DNA of 37,431 nt from an uncultured Phycisphaerales bacterium. Its GTDB lineage: Bacteria > Planctomycetota > Phycisphaerae > Phycisphaerales > SM1A02. Below the pieces are notes generated by a model that searched no databases, had not been told where the DNA came from, and saw only the letters and a list, made by a program, of their open reading frames with translations. A program made the position numbers and the translations under genes. The stretch is taken from assembly GCA_938084645.1 (NCBI GenBank), contig CALKEP010000072.1, positions 1 through 37,431 on the forward strand. The letters are read 5' to 3'. Positions 36,020-37,431 of this stretch are shown one piece after another. How positions within the stretch are numbered: position 1 is the stretch's first letter; each line of letters opens with the position of its first letter.

Positions 36020-36718
36020 ATGCGTTCCACCCTGATCATCAGCGGCCTCACCGCCGCGTCCCTGACCCTCGCCGCGACGGCGGACATCACCGGCGTCGGC
36101 GTCGTGTCCTACTCGGTCACGGCCGAGGAATTCGGCGGGACCTCGGTCTCCGTCAACGTTCAGGATCTCTACCTCTACTCCGACAGCGCTTCGGACGTCG
36201 CACTCAACGTCTACGACCTCACCCTCGCCGAAGCAGCCCGGGTCACCTACTACCAGAGTGCCACCGGCGCCGGTTGGGCACCCACCAACCTCGGCGGCAT
36301 GTTCGACACCTCGGCCACCCGGCTCGCCGACTCGTTCGTGACCATCGGCGGCTTCATGCAGGACATGCTCCTTCCCGAGCAGGCTCCCGGCATGGGTGCC
36401 GGGACCGGCCTCGACCCCAACTTCGGTGGCGTCAATTCCCCGTATCCCAACGCGTTCGCCGGTTGGTACAACGGCAGCCCCCCGAATCTCAACGGTCAGG
36501 TCGGCATGCTCCCCGGTACCGCCGGCATGGGTGTCCTCGTCGGTCGCTTCGCCTACGACGGTGACTTCGACCTCGCGGGTTCGACCTTGTCCGTCACCTG
36601 GAACGAAGGAATCGGCACCGGTGCCGAACAGGCCACCTTCACCGTCGTTCCCGCCCCGGGCGCCCTCGCCCTCCTCGGTGTCGCCGGCCTTGCCGGTCGT
36701 CGCCGTCGGAACGGCTGA
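36020..36718 (+). CDS. Secreted surface protein with PEP-CTERM-like (VPAPG) sorting tail
   Basis: AAGGAG RBS; signal peptide; tail VPAPG-ALALLGVAGLAG-RRRR. Confidence 0.9.
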   Translation: MRSTLIISGLTAASLTLAATADITGVGVVSYSVTAEEFGGTSVSVNVQDLYLYSDSASDVALNVYDLTLAEAARVTYYQSATGAGWAPTNLGGMFDTSATRLADSFVTIGGFMQDMLLPEQAPGMGAGTGLDPNFGGVNSPYPNAFAGWYNGSPPNLNGQVGMLPGTAGMGVLVGRFAYDGDFDLAGSTLSVTWNEGIGTGAEQATFTVVPAPGALALLGVAGLAGRRRRNG

Positions 36719-36774
36719 TCCCCCGTTCAGAAGCACGGCACGGCTGGTTCGAACCGTGCCGAGATCATCGCAAC

Positions 36775-36815
36775 CGCCCCTCGCCACGACCTTCGTGGCG
36801 GGGGGCGTCTTTCTT
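36775..36815 (+). terminator. Intrinsic terminator of the + strand PEP-CTERM-like gene
   Basis: CGCCCCTCGCCACGA/TCGTGGCGGGGGGCG stem followed by TCTTTCTT. Confidence 0.8.
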
Positions 36816-36922
36816 GGTCACCGTGGTCGCAGCTCGGCCATGTGCAGGCGGTTCGAGATCCCACAGATCCCTCGATCCGTCGTCGAACCACGCCTCCCCC
36901 GGATCGCGGAAGATCAGGAATG

Positions 36923-36960
36923 AAAAGACAACCCCCGGCTGCCGAAGCAACCGGGGGTTG
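36923..36960 (-). terminator. Intrinsic terminator of the - strand PEP-CTERM-like gene
   Basis: On the - strand: CAACCCCCGGTTGC-TTCG-GCAGCCGGGGGTTG followed by TCTTTT. Confidence 0.8.
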
Positions 36961-37002
36961 GAATGGGTCCGAGGACCGTGCAGCGAACCGATCTCGAGGA
37001 GA

Positions 37003-37431
37003 TCAGCCGTTGCGTCGGCGACGACCGGCAAGGCCGGCGACACCGAGGAGGGCGAGCGCGCCCGGGGCCGGAATGTTGACTTCGAAGCCGGCCTGGATGC
37101 CCGGGGTACCGAGACCCTGGTTCCAAGTGACTTCAAGCGTCGAACCGGTCAGGTCGAAGTCGCCGTCGTAGGCGAAGCGACCGACGAGGACACCCATGCC
37201 GATGGTGCCGGGAAGCATGCCGACCTGGCCGTTGAGGCTCGGGGGGCTGCCGTTGTACCAGCCGGCGAGGGCGCCGGGGAAGGCGGCACCGTTACCACCG
37301 AAGTTGGGGTCGAGGCCGGTACCGGCACCCGCACCGGGAGCCTGCTCGGGGAGCAGGGTGTCCTGAGTGAAGCCACCGATGGTGACGAACGAGTCGGCGA
37401 GCCGCAGGGCCGGGGTGTCGAAGATGCCACC
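37003..37431 (-). CDS. PEP-CTERM-like (IPAPG) surface protein, paralog of 36020-36718; 5' part lies outside the window
   Basis: Frame is open to the window edge: GGIFDTPALRLADSFVTIGGF...IPAPGALALLGVAGLAGRRRRNG. Confidence 0.9.
   Translation of the reverse strand, partial: GGIFDTPALRLADSFVTIGGFTQDTLLPEQAPGAGAGTGLDPNFGGNGAAFPGALAGWYNGSPPSLNGQVGMLPGTIGMGVLVGRFAYDGDFDLTGSTLEVTWNQGLGTPGIQAGFEVNIPAPGALALLGVAGLAGRRRRNG

Overview
GC-rich bacterial chromosomal window, most likely from a planctomycete of the class Phycisphaerae (inferred from the dockerin-like C-terminal tags, VPAPG PEP-CTERM-like tails and zinc-ribbon membrane proteins). Most of it is housekeeping: metK, rsmB-like, PTS IIA, DnaJ-class chaperone, gatB-hpt, two cyclophilins, tRNA-Cys, mqnE, murJ, parA-like, iodotyrosine deiodinase-like nitroreductase, birA-nadC and HIT. 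It also holds four tandem secreted proteins sharing a duplicated dockerin-like tag, and a convergent pair of closely related PEP-CTERM-like paralogs. The most unusual element is a self-contained + strand unit at about 34955-35652. It has a near-consensus sigma-54 promoter, a ~290-nt densely base-paired leader with alternative helices, a sequestered GGAGG/uORF, a small basic ORF whose likely RBS can pair with the 3' UTR, and an intrinsic terminator. Several genes look leaderless. No integrase, transposase, CRISPR array or rRNA was recognised. All calls were made by eye, with no database searches.
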